From a virus (Duplodnaviria; Heunggongvirae; Uroviricota; Caudoviricetes), in IMG/VR virus record IMGVR_UViG_3300044712_000851, positions 32,885 through 96,884 of that record: a stretch of DNA of 64,000 bases. The stretch is one strand, 5' to 3'. Positions 1 to 9,304 of the stretch are shown here, piece by piece. The notes under the pieces are model-generated. The model had not been told where the DNA came from. It ran no database searches and saw nothing but the letters and a program-made list of their open reading frames with translations. The number at the start of each line of letters is the position of its first letter. Positions within the stretch are counted from its first letter, which is position 1. The position numbers were made by a program, and so were the translations under genes.

Positions 1-40
1 GAACTATATTTCAGTTCTTCCACAAGTTCCATATTCAGTA

Positions 41-286
41 ATGCCGTATTTAATCAATGCATCCGAGCATGTGTATTTAAGTCCAGATGAAAGTGGCGGT
101 TGTCAGAGAGCTGTTTTAGAAGCAAAGGCTTGTGGAGTTGATGTAGTTATAGATACTGATTCACCTAAACTTGTAGAGCTTAGTAAATTGACACCAGAAC
201 AGGTAAGGGAAAACTGGTCAGAAGAGGCTTATGCAAATAAACTCAAAAAAGGATTAGAGGAATTAATAAATGAAAAAGATAATTGA
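41..286 (+). CDS. hypothetical protein (reading frame is open to the window start, so it may be 5'-partial)
   Basis: ORF track; frame has no stop upstream to position 2. Confidence 0.4.
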   Translation: MPYLINASEHVYLSPDESGGCQRAVLEAKACGVDVVIDTDSPKLVELSKLTPEQVRENWSEEAYANKLKKGLEELINEKDN

Positions 287-618
287 AGCACATAAAATAT
301 TTGTAACTGAGTCTCCTATCTATATGGCGGGAAGAACGCCACGTTGGGCATATTTACTTTATTATCCAATAGCATATTTAACTTTTATGTTTCTCTCTAT
401 ATTTAACAAATGATAACTAAAAACAGAAGACCAAGACCAGTACTAAGAGAAAATGGAACAAAACTTTGTAGATGTGGTTGTGTTCTCCATAATACCCCTA
501 TTTTAATGACCATCAGTAAAGCTTCAAAATACAGACAAGCATCTGTTATAGAAGTTCCAGTTTGGAGTATCTCACGTCGCTGTGTATCTCATTCAGGCGA
601 ATGATAGGAGGTGAGCTT

Positions 619-864
619 ATGGATCAATCACAAGAAAAACCAACAATTTCATACGGAGACTTAGCAAGTTTATCCTCAGCATTAAAATTAGCTATTGAGG
701 GTCATTTGATGTCTTTGGAAGAAGGACGTTTTATTTGGAAGAAACATATGATTTCTGTGGGATGGAAGAAAACCGCAGATAGTTCTGTCTCAGAAGATTT
801 ACCAGAAGTAACGGAAACTGTTGTTAAAAAAATTAAAGGTAAAATCACAACTAAGGTTGTATAA
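619..864 (+). CDS. hypothetical protein
   Basis: ATG at 619 preceded by TAGGAGGTG; the ORF-track start at 562 is an upstream extension. Confidence 0.5.
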   Translation: MDQSQEKPTISYGDLASLSSALKLAIEGHLMSLEEGRFIWKKHMISVGWKKTADSSVSEDLPEVTETVVKKIKGKITTKVV

Positions 865-878
865 GGAGGTGTGTAAAA

Positions 879-1079
879 ATGACAGACGTTTTTAGAAAAT
901 CATATAAACCAGTTAGTGTGGAAATGTCCTCTTTTGTTATCAAACTCAAGGAAAAAGCTGAAGAGCTTTATGCCTTACTTGATGATGCGGGAACACCAGA
1001 CAATGGTAGGGAGATCGCTTTAGCTAAGACTAATCTTGAACAGTCCATCATGTGGGCGGTTAAAGGATTAACAGCTTAA
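879..1079 (+). CDS. hypothetical small protein
   Basis: AAGGAGGTG ribosome-binding site 8 nt upstream. Confidence 0.5.
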   Translation: MTDVFRKSYKPVSVEMSSFVIKLKEKAEELYALLDDAGTPDNGREIALAKTNLEQSIMWAVKGLTA

Positions 1080-1092
1080 GGAGGTGAATTTT

Positions 1093-1353
1093 ATGTTTGG
1101 AAAACTTTTCAAAAAGAAAAAAGTATATGACGAAGTATCTGCTTTGTCTGAAAAAATGGCTTATGGAGAAATAGATAGAGTTTCCTATCGTGAATTTAAC
1201 GAACTTAGGGAACAGTTTCTAGCCTTAACTAACTATATGGGTGTTAGAGTTTATAAACCTTATGGTTACAAAGTTGAAGAAAATGGACCAGTAAACAGTG
1301 GTGAAAATTGTGTTTCACAAGGACCAACTACTTTTACAGTAGCCATGAGATAA
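1093..1353 (+). CDS. hypothetical protein
   Basis: ATG at 1093 after AAGGAGGTG; the track start at 1084 is a GTG inside the ribosome-binding site. Confidence 0.5.
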   Translation: MFGKLFKKKKVYDEVSALSEKMAYGEIDRVSYREFNELREQFLALTNYMGVRVYKPYGYKVEENGPVNSGENCVSQGPTTFTVAMR

Positions 1354-1414
1354 ATATCTCTAACTGCTCATTCGCGTGAGTGGGCAGAAATGAGATTTTT
1401 AAGGAGGTGATATT

Positions 1415-1891
1415 ATGCCGTTAATAAAAATATTAAAAGATTACCAACCTACAGAAGGTTGGAAGCCAGGACAGATAGTTGAAATAACAAATCCTTGGAC
1501 ATTGATCCGAGAGGGTAATGCTGTTTTGGTCACTGCTGATGGAAAAGAATTAGAAGAGGATAAAGTTTTGATTGAAGTTAGAAGACTTGTAAGAAGTAAA
1601 AGCTTCATAGATTTTGTAAATTCTGCTATAGCTAAACATCCCCGAAAAGAGGAAATTGTATCAGTTCTTACTCGCGAGGGTGTCATGACGCTAGTTCCAG
1701 AAGAGGATAGGTCAGAAGCTCCTGTCCCTGCAACTGTTGAAGTAAGCGAAAAGGAAGAACCAGTTCAACCTATTGAAAAGATAGAAAGACCTAAGCCTTT
1801 AATTACTGAGGAACAACTGAAAGCTAAGATAGAGGAATTAAAAGCTAAAAAGGATATTCCTATTCCAGGTACAGAAATACCAGAGAAATGA
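1415..1891 (+). CDS. hypothetical protein with a Lys/Glu-rich C-terminal region
   Basis: AAGGAGGTG ribosome-binding site; 158 aa. Confidence 0.6.
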   Translation: MPLIKILKDYQPTEGWKPGQIVEITNPWTLIREGNAVLVTADGKELEEDKVLIEVRRLVRSKSFIDFVNSAIAKHPRKEEIVSVLTREGVMTLVPEEDRSEAPVPATVEVSEKEEPVQPIEKIERPKPLITEEQLKAKIEELKAKKDIPIPGTEIPEK

Positions 1892-2304
1892 AAGTCATTA
1901 CTTTAGGGACATTTGATACTCTACATTTAGGGCACATTCAACTCATTCAGTTTTGCCAAAAACTGGGTGATGTTGTCGTTGGTCTTAATACTGATGAGTT
2001 TGTAGAACAGTATAAACACAAAAGACCCGTTATGTCTTACGAAGAGAGAAAAGCCGTCTTAGAGGCTTTGGGAGCTAAAGTTATTCCTAATGACCAAAAA
2101 GAAAATGGAATTATTCCACTATTGGAAGAGGAAAAGCCAGAACTGATTGTTATTGGATCTGATTGGGCTAGGAAAGATTATGTTGGTCAGATTGGTATAA
2201 CATGGGATCAATTGGATGATATGGGTATAGGTATATGTTATTTTCCAAGACACCTTAAAATGTCCACAACAATTATAAAAGAAAGGATTAAAAATTCAGT
2301 ATGA
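1888..2304 (+). CDS. cytidylyltransferase-family nucleotidyltransferase (glycerol-3-phosphate cytidylyltransferase/TagD-like)
   Basis: N-terminal KVITLGTFDTLHLGH, which is the (H/T)xGH nucleotidyltransferase signature; about 138 aa like TagD. Confidence 0.7.
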   Translation: MKVITLGTFDTLHLGHIQLIQFCQKLGDVVVGLNTDEFVEQYKHKRPVMSYEERKAVLEALGAKVIPNDQKENGIIPLLEEEKPELIVIGSDWARKDYVGQIGITWDQLDDMGIGICYFPRHLKMSTTIIKERIKNSV

Positions 2305-2852
2305 AAATATCAGTAATAATGTGCAGTCTTCTTAACTCTCCAGATAAGGAAAAAGTTATCAAAGAATGCATAGATCTATTAAAAGGTTATGATGAGTTGA
2401 TTCTCCTCAAGGTTCAACCTGGGGAAATGGGATATTGCGAGGCATGGAATAAAGCCGCTTCAAAAGCTTCTGGAGATTTTTTGATATTTGTCTCTGATGA
2501 CAACTTTGTTACAGAGGGAAATTTACAAAGTATGTGCAAAGAAGATGAGGTTATTTCTCCAACAGGACACAATGTCGGTGGGGATAGTTTTTGGGGAGGT
2601 ATGTTTTGTCTACCAAGAAAGATTTATGAAAAGTATGGACTTTATGATATGATATTTAACGATGGCATTCATTACATGGATACTGATTTGGCTAGAAGAT
2701 ATGATAAAGAAGGGGTCAAAATGAGTAGGACTACTGGCGTTGTGGTTGACCACAGAGATCCAGGATACACACTTAGCAAGATTCCTGACTTTAACTCTAA
2801 AGTTGAAAAGAACAAAATATTATATGAAGAAAAATGGAAATCCGAAAATTAG
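2301..2852 (+). CDS. glycosyltransferase family 2-like (short GT-A)
   Basis: ISVIM start, DxD-like FVSDDN motif; overlaps the neighbouring genes. Confidence 0.45.
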   Translation: MKISVIMCSLLNSPDKEKVIKECIDLLKGYDELILLKVQPGEMGYCEAWNKAASKASGDFLIFVSDDNFVTEGNLQSMCKEDEVISPTGHNVGGDSFWGGMFCLPRKIYEKYGLYDMIFNDGIHYMDTDLARRYDKEGVKMSRTTGVVVDHRDPGYTLSKIPDFNSKVEKNKILYEEKWKSEN

Positions 2853-3633
2853 CGTAATAACTCCGTCTGTGAGGGGTGAAGGTCTACCGTTGGTTCAAAG
2901 AGCTTTAAGACATCAAGACTTTCAAGATTTTGAATGGATTATAGTTGGAGGATGGAAAAATCTAGGTAGTTTTGCCACTCACCTACAAGGTGTTTCTAAT
3001 AATCCTAAATATCCCGCCGAGTATCCAATAATGGTTGATGAACCAAAAAAACTAAAGGGAGATGTTTGGTCTCTTAATAAGGCCTATAACGCTGGTTTAA
3101 GGGAAGCCAAGGGAGAATTGATAGTTAGTTGGCAAGACTATACTTTTGCCCGTCCTGATGCACTACAGGGCTTCTGGGAGCATTTTAAAGAAGAACCTAA
3201 CACTTTAGTATCTGGATTAGGTAATAAGTATGAAACTGACAGTTGGGATGTGATGATCTGGGAAGATCCCCGCGGGAAAGATACATTTTTAAGTTACTAC
3301 CCTACTGCTTTTAATGAGATTGAGTGGAACTTCTGTTCTGTTCCTAAACAGGCTCTTTATGATGTAGGGGGATTTATTGAAGACTTTGATCAGGGATATG
3401 GAATGGATGCCTACAATGTCAACGAAAGAATAGCCAGTCTGGGCAAGTATGACTTCAAAATAGATCAGAGTCTAAAAAGCTATTCCCTTCCGCATGGACG
3501 GGTAAAAGATTGGGAGGAAAAAAACTGGATACACGAAAATAGGTACGGAATCATGAAAGAAAAGATGATTAAAGAGGGTAAGTGGCCAATTGCTCCATAT
3601 TTGACAAACGTCAGACAAACTGATATAGTTTGA
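2824..3633 (+). CDS. glycosyltransferase family 2
   Basis: KISVITPSVRGEG N-terminus typical of GT2; ATG at 2824 in the same frame as the 2740 ORF. Confidence 0.6.
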   Translation: MKKNGNPKISVITPSVRGEGLPLVQRALRHQDFQDFEWIIVGGWKNLGSFATHLQGVSNNPKYPAEYPIMVDEPKKLKGDVWSLNKAYNAGLREAKGELIVSWQDYTFARPDALQGFWEHFKEEPNTLVSGLGNKYETDSWDVMIWEDPRGKDTFLSYYPTAFNEIEWNFCSVPKQALYDVGGFIEDFDQGYGMDAYNVNERIASLGKYDFKIDQSLKSYSLPHGRVKDWEEKNWIHENRYGIMKEKMIKEGKWPIAPYLTNVRQTDIV

Positions 3634-3875
3634 TCATGGTACACAAACACGCGACAATGCGTGACTTATTAAGAAATCCCTCAGGAACTCTTCCTAAAGA
3701 TGGAGAAGAGTTGGTCGTTTCAAAGAATGGAATGCCCTCTTACCACATAACCCCAATTAATTCTGTCAACTTTATGGCTTCCTCACTGTCCCCTAGTGGT
3801 GTTCTTCGAAATGAAACTTTAAATATGTCTAAACAACCTAGCGGGGAGGTGACTATTCATGAGCACAAAAAATAA
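3630..3875 (+). CDS. hypothetical protein
   Basis: ORF overlapping the upstream stop (translational coupling). Confidence 0.35.
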   Translation: MIMVHKHATMRDLLRNPSGTLPKDGEELVVSKNGMPSYHITPINSVNFMASSLSPSGVLRNETLNMSKQPSGEVTIHEHKK

Positions 3876-4518
3876 AAAGAATTTTATAGTTAGCTTTATT
3901 TTAGATAGGTCTGGATCAATGGAATCTTGTAAGTCTGCTGTTATATCAGGATTTAAAGAATATATCAACGGACTCAAAAAGTCTAAAGATGCTGTTAATA
4001 CACGCTTTTCTTTAACCACTTTTGATTCTGAGAGTATCGATCACCTATACACAAATACACCTATCAAAGAAGTCGAACCTCTTAGCAATAAGACTTTCAT
4101 TCCACGCGCAGGGACTCCGCTCTATGATGCAGTCGTAAACACAGTTGAATCCCTTGCTAAAGAAGTAACTGAAAAGCAACCAGTTTTAGTAGTCATTATG
4201 ACGGACGGAGAAGAGAACTCTTCTCACGAACACGATGCAGATTGTTTTAGGGATCTTGTTAAAAAACTTAAAAAGCAAGGAAACTGGACATTTACGTTTA
4301 TGGGTGCAAACCAAGACTCTTGGGCAAATGCTCAGAAGTGGGGATTTGATCAGGGAAATACAATGGACTTTGCATCAAGCGACGCTGGAACCAGAAGTGC
4401 ATTTAAAGGGTTAGCTGCCGCAAGTGTTAACTTTATGGCAATGGCAAACGATACCAATGTACTAAGAGCATCAAACTTTTTCGACTCCAGTAAGGGGGGT
4501 GAAAAAGATGTACATTAA
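3859..4518 (+). CDS. von Willebrand factor A (vWA) domain protein
   Basis: MIDAS metal-binding motif DRSGSM, plus GTPLYDA and MTDGEENSS. Confidence 0.7.
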   Translation: MSTKNKKNFIVSFILDRSGSMESCKSAVISGFKEYINGLKKSKDAVNTRFSLTTFDSESIDHLYTNTPIKEVEPLSNKTFIPRAGTPLYDAVVNTVESLAKEVTEKQPVLVVIMTDGEENSSHEHDADCFRDLVKKLKKQGNWTFTFMGANQDSWANAQKWGFDQGNTMDFASSDAGTRSAFKGLAAASVNFMAMANDTNVLRASNFFDSSKGGEKDVH

Positions 4519-4726
4519 TCATTTTCATACTCATAGCCACAACTGTTGTCCAATGGGTGGTGAACACTGTAAACACTATTGTTCAGGTTGTGGTGTGAGT
4601 TATTGTTGTAAGTGTGGTAGGGAATGGGGCGGATATGTTTCTGTGTATCCTACTTGGAGTTATTCTGTGCTGGGTACTGGTTCAAATGTGTCTGCAAATA
4701 GATCTTCATGTAGTCACGCTCATTAA
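4499..4726 (+). CDS. Cys/His-rich small protein
   Basis: 12 Cys in 75 aa (CCPMGGEHCKHYCSGCGVSYCCKCG). Confidence 0.4.
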   Translation: MKKMYINHFHTHSHNCCPMGGEHCKHYCSGCGVSYCCKCGREWGGYVSVYPTWSYSVLGTGSNVSANRSSCSHAH

Positions 4727-4862
4727 TTCACGGTTTGGCTTGACGTCAATGCCGTAAGTGTGTTTAGATATTAATACATAACCACGAGGCCTCCGAGCTA
4801 GTGGGAAGAAAAAGTCATAGATTATTCTGTGGCTTTTTTTGTGTTTTAAGGAGGTGATATAT
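4727..4862 (+). promoter_or_regulatory. conserved late leader, copy A: TTGACG promoter-like box, GCCACGAGGC...GCTAGTGG hairpin, T7 tract, GGAGGTG
   Basis: About 80 nt similar to 12150–12260 (ATACATA[A/G]CCACGAGGC...GCTAGTGG...CTTTTTTTGT.TTTAA.GGA). Confidence 0.5.
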
Positions 4863-5369
4863 ATGGCAGACGCACAAAGATTTGAAAACTTATCACAATC
4901 AGCTAGAGAATCATTGGTCAACTCATTAAGGAGTCAGGAAACTGATCCTAGTACTTACGTTGACGTAACGGGTGATACTATGATTGGAGCTTTAGCAGTT
5001 CCAACTATTGGTGTTACCAGCAACGCCTCTGTCAGTGGCAGTCTTACTGTGGGAGGGGCATTTGTAGGTTCTACTTTCTCTTTTTCAAGCAACTCAACAG
5101 GTTTGGGTGGTCTTGTTTTGGGATCAAATGTAACCTTAACCAACGCACTTGTAATTAAAAATACAGTCTTGGGTGGACCGACGACAGCTCCTATACAGTT
5201 AGTTGCCTCAACCGCTTCACAAGCCTTTTTTGACTTTCAGGGAGCAGTTATATCAACCGCATCACTCAATCTTGCAGCTAATCAAATGGCTGGAGTAATC
5301 AAAGTATGGATTAATGGAGTAGGTGGTCAGAATGTTGGATACCTTCCAATATTTAAAGGAGTTGTTTAA
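4863..5369 (+). CDS. virion structural protein, Ser/Thr/Gly/Val-rich
   Basis: ATG after AAGGAGGTG; low-complexity beta-rich composition; downstream of the late leader. Confidence 0.5.
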   Translation: MADAQRFENLSQSARESLVNSLRSQETDPSTYVDVTGDTMIGALAVPTIGVTSNASVSGSLTVGGAFVGSTFSFSSNSTGLGGLVLGSNVTLTNALVIKNTVLGGPTTAPIQLVASTASQAFFDFQGAVISTASLNLAANQMAGVIKVWINGVGGQNVGYLPIFKGVV

Positions 5370-5422
5370 CTTTGAATTGACAAACTTTCGAGTTTTTCAA
5401 GACAGAGGAGGTGAAATAAAAT

Positions 5423-5731
5423 ATGGCTAATCTATTAGATTTATACGCCGATGTAGGTGCAAACATTATCGGTGACGACTCAGTTGCAACATTCAGAGTT
5501 GAGAACACATCAACAGGTGATGGTCTTGACGTCCGATCAGCAGGTGCAACCGCAGTTGCTCTTAATGTCTCAGTCTCAGGAGCTTCAGGTGCAGTTTTGA
5601 AACTTAACAACATCAACAAGGGATTTGTTTCAACAAATTCAGTTGGTACTATCGCTTACGCTTTCAAAATCGCTATAGCAGGAGCTGCTAACGGAGATTA
5701 TTGGGTACCTGTTTACACAGGAAAGGCTTAA
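5423..5731 (+). CDS. small virion protein (possible capsid decoration or fibre)
   Basis: GGAGGTG ribosome-binding site; Ala/Gly/Val-rich. Confidence 0.45.
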   Translation: MANLLDLYADVGANIIGDDSVATFRVENTSTGDGLDVRSAGATAVALNVSVSGASGAVLKLNNINKGFVSTNSVGTIAYAFKIAIAGAANGDYWVPVYTGKA

Positions 5732-5747
5732 GCCTGACCCAGGGCAT

Positions 5748-5769
5748 GGGGTAGTCTTCGGGCTACCCC
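5748..5769 (+). other. stable RNA hairpin GGGGUAGUC-UUCG-GGCUACCCC (UUCG tetraloop)
   Basis: 9-bp stem with one G·U pair and a UUCG tetraloop in the intergenic region; no T-tract follows. Confidence 0.5.
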
Positions 5770-5799
5770 TAAACCCGAACAAAGAAAGAAAGGTGAATT

Positions 5800-6477
5800 A
5801 TGTCAGCATTTACAGTATCAGAAATACAAAATCGTATTGCCACATTGGTCGATCAGTCAGCATCCGCACCAGATTCTAGTACGGATGAATTTGCGTGGAG
5901 AACAAAGCTTTTAGATAGATCCTATCAAGAATGGGCTTATGCCTATGATTGGGAAGCACTTAGAAAAGAAGTTTTTATTTCAGATGTTAGTGGAACTCCA
6001 ACCATTTCCCTTCCAGCCGATTTCAGGAAGATGGCAATGCAACCAATCCTCTACAACAATAGTGCTGTCCCTGAGGGTCAAGGTTGGCCAGAGATTAAAC
6101 CAGAAGACAGAAGAATGTATTTGAGTACGGATAATTATTTTTATCTCCTCGGTAGCCGTGGTAGCTACAACATGATATGGAGTCCAAATACTCTAGCTTC
6201 AGGAGCATCTTTATTGGTTTCTTACTTTTCATTTCCTACGATTCTTTCTACCGCATCACAAACAGTTGCAGTTCCTGACCCAGAATTTTTGGTTCAAAGA
6301 ACTGTCGCTTATATATATGAAGTTCGTAACGATGCCAGATTCCAAGAAGTTGAAACTAAGGCACGAGAGTGTCTTTTGCAACTCATCGACAATGAAAACA
6401 ACAGAGGTTTTTCTAATAATGACGATGTCATTACTCCAGAAAGACGAATGGATTTTCGTATAGGACGAGACGGTTAA
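5800..6477 (+). CDS. hypothetical virion protein
   Basis: RBS-like AAGGTG; 225 aa. Confidence 0.5.
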   Translation: MSAFTVSEIQNRIATLVDQSASAPDSSTDEFAWRTKLLDRSYQEWAYAYDWEALRKEVFISDVSGTPTISLPADFRKMAMQPILYNNSAVPEGQGWPEIKPEDRRMYLSTDNYFYLLGSRGSYNMIWSPNTLASGASLLVSYFSFPTILSTASQTVAVPDPEFLVQRTVAYIYEVRNDARFQEVETKARECLLQLIDNENNRGFSNNDDVITPERRMDFRIGRDG

Positions 6478-6481
6478 AAAC

Positions 6482-8416
6482 ATGTTAAGAAGATTTCCTC
6501 CTGCCACATTTAAGGAACCTAAATCTGCCTCTCTCGATTGGAACAACTTTAGGGGAGGATGGAATAGTTTTTTGCGTCAAACAGAGCTCAGCAACAATGA
6601 GCTTTCAGACGCTACAAACTTGATGTTAATCGGTCTTGGAGTTCCTACCAAAAGATGGGGAACTGAGGACTATTTTACGGCAGGGGCAACTGGTTATGGT
6701 AGAGGTCTTATCTTTGGTAAGGACTCAAGTGATAACAGAGTTTTGTTGGCAATTACAGACTGGGGATATCTCACCAAAAAGTCTGGTACTACATACACGA
6801 TGATAACAGGAGCTTCTTGGGCTTCTGGATATAACCTCGAGGGTATACAGATTGCTAATAAAATTTACTTGGTTAATGGACAAAGAGAGCTTGTTAGATA
6901 TGATTTTACCAGTTTGGTTGGTTTTCCAACCCTAGCAGTTCCGACAGGCGTTACCGCAACCAACATTTCAGGGGCTACTGGTCAAACCACAGTTGCATAT
7001 CAAATTACGGCAAATTCGCAGGTAGGAGAAACTCTTCCATCAACAGAAATTTCTCTTGCTTCAATGCCACAAGATTTGACTACAACCCTAGTCCGCTTAC
7101 AGTGGACTCCAGTTTCAGCTGCAAGTGGTGTTCTTACGGGATATTCAATTTACAGAGGATCACCTGGAGATGAAACTCTTTTGGCAACTGTTGATAATGT
7201 CACAACTCAGTATTTAGATATTGGGTTACAGGCATCCATTTTGACTCAGCCACCAGCTGATGACACAACGGGTGGACCTGTAGGAAAGTTTATTGCCCGA
7301 TATCAAGACAGAATTATTATTGGAGGAATTCCTGGAAGCCCTACTCTTATATACATATCTGGAAGATATCCATATCACGAGAGATTTTCTTTCGCATTTG
7401 GAGGAGGAACTCTTTTGGTATCACCAGATGACGGTCAAAATATCACGGGTATTAGTGTTATTAACGATAAAATTATTATCTTTAAAGAACATTCAGTCTA
7501 TCAGGTTACATTGGGTACGATTGACGTAGGAACCACAACAATATTAGTTCCAACCTACACTTTGATCACAGCTGGTCAGGGTTGTTACAGTCACAGATCT
7601 GTTATTGCTGTTGATAATGATATTTATTTTGTTGGACAGGACGGTATTTATGTATTGGGATATGAACCAAATATATTGAACGTTCTTAGAACCAATGAAT
7701 TGTCAGCCAAGATTAGACCATTCTTTGCTTCTCTAAGCCTAAGTGATTTACAGAATTGTTCAGCGGAATATTACGATAGAAAATATGTCTTAACATTTCC
7801 ATCAGCACAAAAGACTATTATTTTTGATAAAGAAAGATTGGCTTTCATGGGTCCATGGAATACACCATTTGGCATATCTAAGCTCCTTAAATACACAGAC
7901 AGCGATGGAGTTAGTAGATTGGTTGGAATAGATAGTACAGATAGCAAGGTTACCCACTTTGATGCCAATCTCAGAGACGACAAGGGAACTGCTTTTACAA
8001 CAGTCTTTAAGTCAAGAAAAGAGCAATTCGGAGCTTGGGATGCTTTTAAAACCATTGATGAAATGTTTATGCAATTTAGAAATGTCTCTGGAACAGTTAA
8101 TGTCAACGTCATTTTGGAAAACAGAGCGGGTGCATTTAGCACAGAAAAATCATTCACAGTTACAGGATCAAGTCAGCTTGGACAAACTGGTTGGGGTACA
8201 GATCTTTGGGGATCAGTAAGATGGGGCGAAACAATCAATGATCCAGGTGTATCAGCCGAGGAAATGTCTATTAGAGTCATTCTTGAAAAAGAATTTAGAA
8301 CTATGCAACTAGAAATTTTAACAAGCGATAAACAAGACAATTACGAATTATTAGGTGTTAGAAGCACCGTCCACAGTCAAGGACCAGGAGTGGTTCCTTA
8401 CACTTGGAATGTTTAG
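6482..8416 (+). CDS. large virion/tail-associated protein with an FN3-like domain and beta-propeller-like repeats
   Basis: LQWTPVSAASGVLTGYSIYRG is FN3-like; repeated IYFVGQDGIYVLGY-type segments. Confidence 0.55.
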   Translation: MLRRFPPATFKEPKSASLDWNNFRGGWNSFLRQTELSNNELSDATNLMLIGLGVPTKRWGTEDYFTAGATGYGRGLIFGKDSSDNRVLLAITDWGYLTKKSGTTYTMITGASWASGYNLEGIQIANKIYLVNGQRELVRYDFTSLVGFPTLAVPTGVTATNISGATGQTTVAYQITANSQVGETLPSTEISLASMPQDLTTTLVRLQWTPVSAASGVLTGYSIYRGSPGDETLLATVDNVTTQYLDIGLQASILTQPPADDTTGGPVGKFIARYQDRIIIGGIPGSPTLIYISGRYPYHERFSFAFGGGTLLVSPDDGQNITGISVINDKIIIFKEHSVYQVTLGTIDVGTTTILVPTYTLITAGQGCYSHRSVIAVDNDIYFVGQDGIYVLGYEPNILNVLRTNELSAKIRPFFASLSLSDLQNCSAEYYDRKYVLTFPSAQKTIIFDKERLAFMGPWNTPFGISKLLKYTDSDGVSRLVGIDSTDSKVTHFDANLRDDKGTAFTTVFKSRKEQFGAWDAFKTIDEMFMQFRNVSGTVNVNVILENRAGAFSTEKSFTVTGSSQLGQTGWGTDLWGSVRWGETINDPGVSAEEMSIRVILEKEFRTMQLEILTSDKQDNYELLGVRSTVHSQGPGVVPYTWNV

Positions 8417-8430
8417 GAGGTGAATTACTT

Positions 8431-9300
8431 ATGTCAGTAAATTTATGGGAAGCACCAACAGTTAACGCTTTTCCAGCTCGTCTGGATGGTACTCTTGATG
8501 GCTCAAGCACGTCTATCACACTTGATAGTACTACAGGCTTAGTAGCCCCAGGAGTTCTTTGTATTGATCGACAAGATGGAAGTGGAAACAATACTCCAAC
8601 AAAAAGAGAATATGTTTCATTTACAGCAATAGTCGGCAATAGCGTAACAGGCGTTACAAGAGGAGTTGCATCATCACAAGCACAACAACACAGTTCAGGT
8701 GCATTGGTTGAAAGTTTGCCAAACGTTACTATGTGGGGAGATTTAGTTGACTTTATTCAAGTTGAACACAGTTCAGCTGGTGGTCACGTTATCTCAACGG
8801 CTACCGTCTCATACATTGAAGACATTCAAATGGCTGTTACATCATTAGCATCAATCGCTCAGGCAAATATAACCAACCTTATTTCAAACAAAATTATTAT
8901 ATCTAGTGCGACAATAACTGGTCTTATTAATGCCTCAGGGGCTTCAATTGTTGGGTGGGGTGGAGTCGGAGGACTAGCACCTTTTGCAATCGTTGGGGTT
9001 GTAGCTGCGGGAACAAATGTTACTCCTTACCTAACCGTAGAAGACGCAATGACTTTGAAATCTGTTTCTATGGTTTTGAAGTCACCTGTTTCAGGAGCTT
9101 CACTTGTCATCGATGTTAATAAAAATGGAACAACCATCTTTACAGACCAAAACACACGTGCGTCTATTTTAGCTGGAGGTACTTATGTATCAACATCATC
9201 TTTAGCCGTCACAGCACTTGTTCCTGGAAATCTTTTGTCTTTGGATATCGATAATGGAGCGGGTGGGGGATCTGATTTAACAGTCCTTTTGGAAACTTAA
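8431..9300 (+). CDS. tail fibre-like protein, paralog 1
   Basis: Starts MSVNLWEA; shares YxEDIQMAVTS, TPYLxVEDAxTLKSVS and LSLDID...DLxVLLE blocks with the next gene. Confidence 0.55.
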   Translation: MSVNLWEAPTVNAFPARLDGTLDGSSTSITLDSTTGLVAPGVLCIDRQDGSGNNTPTKREYVSFTAIVGNSVTGVTRGVASSQAQQHSSGALVESLPNVTMWGDLVDFIQVEHSSAGGHVISTATVSYIEDIQMAVTSLASIAQANITNLISNKIIISSATITGLINASGASIVGWGGVGGLAPFAIVGVVAAGTNVTPYLTVEDAMTLKSVSMVLKSPVSGASLVIDVNKNGTTIFTDQNTRASILAGGTYVSTSSLAVTALVPGNLLSLDIDNGAGGGSDLTVLLET

Positions 9301-9304
9301 TAAC

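Noticed and set aside
6482-8416. Calling the 644-aa protein portal or major capsid
   Set aside because: No portal, terminase or HK97-fold signature recognisable by eye; left as a tail-associated structural protein
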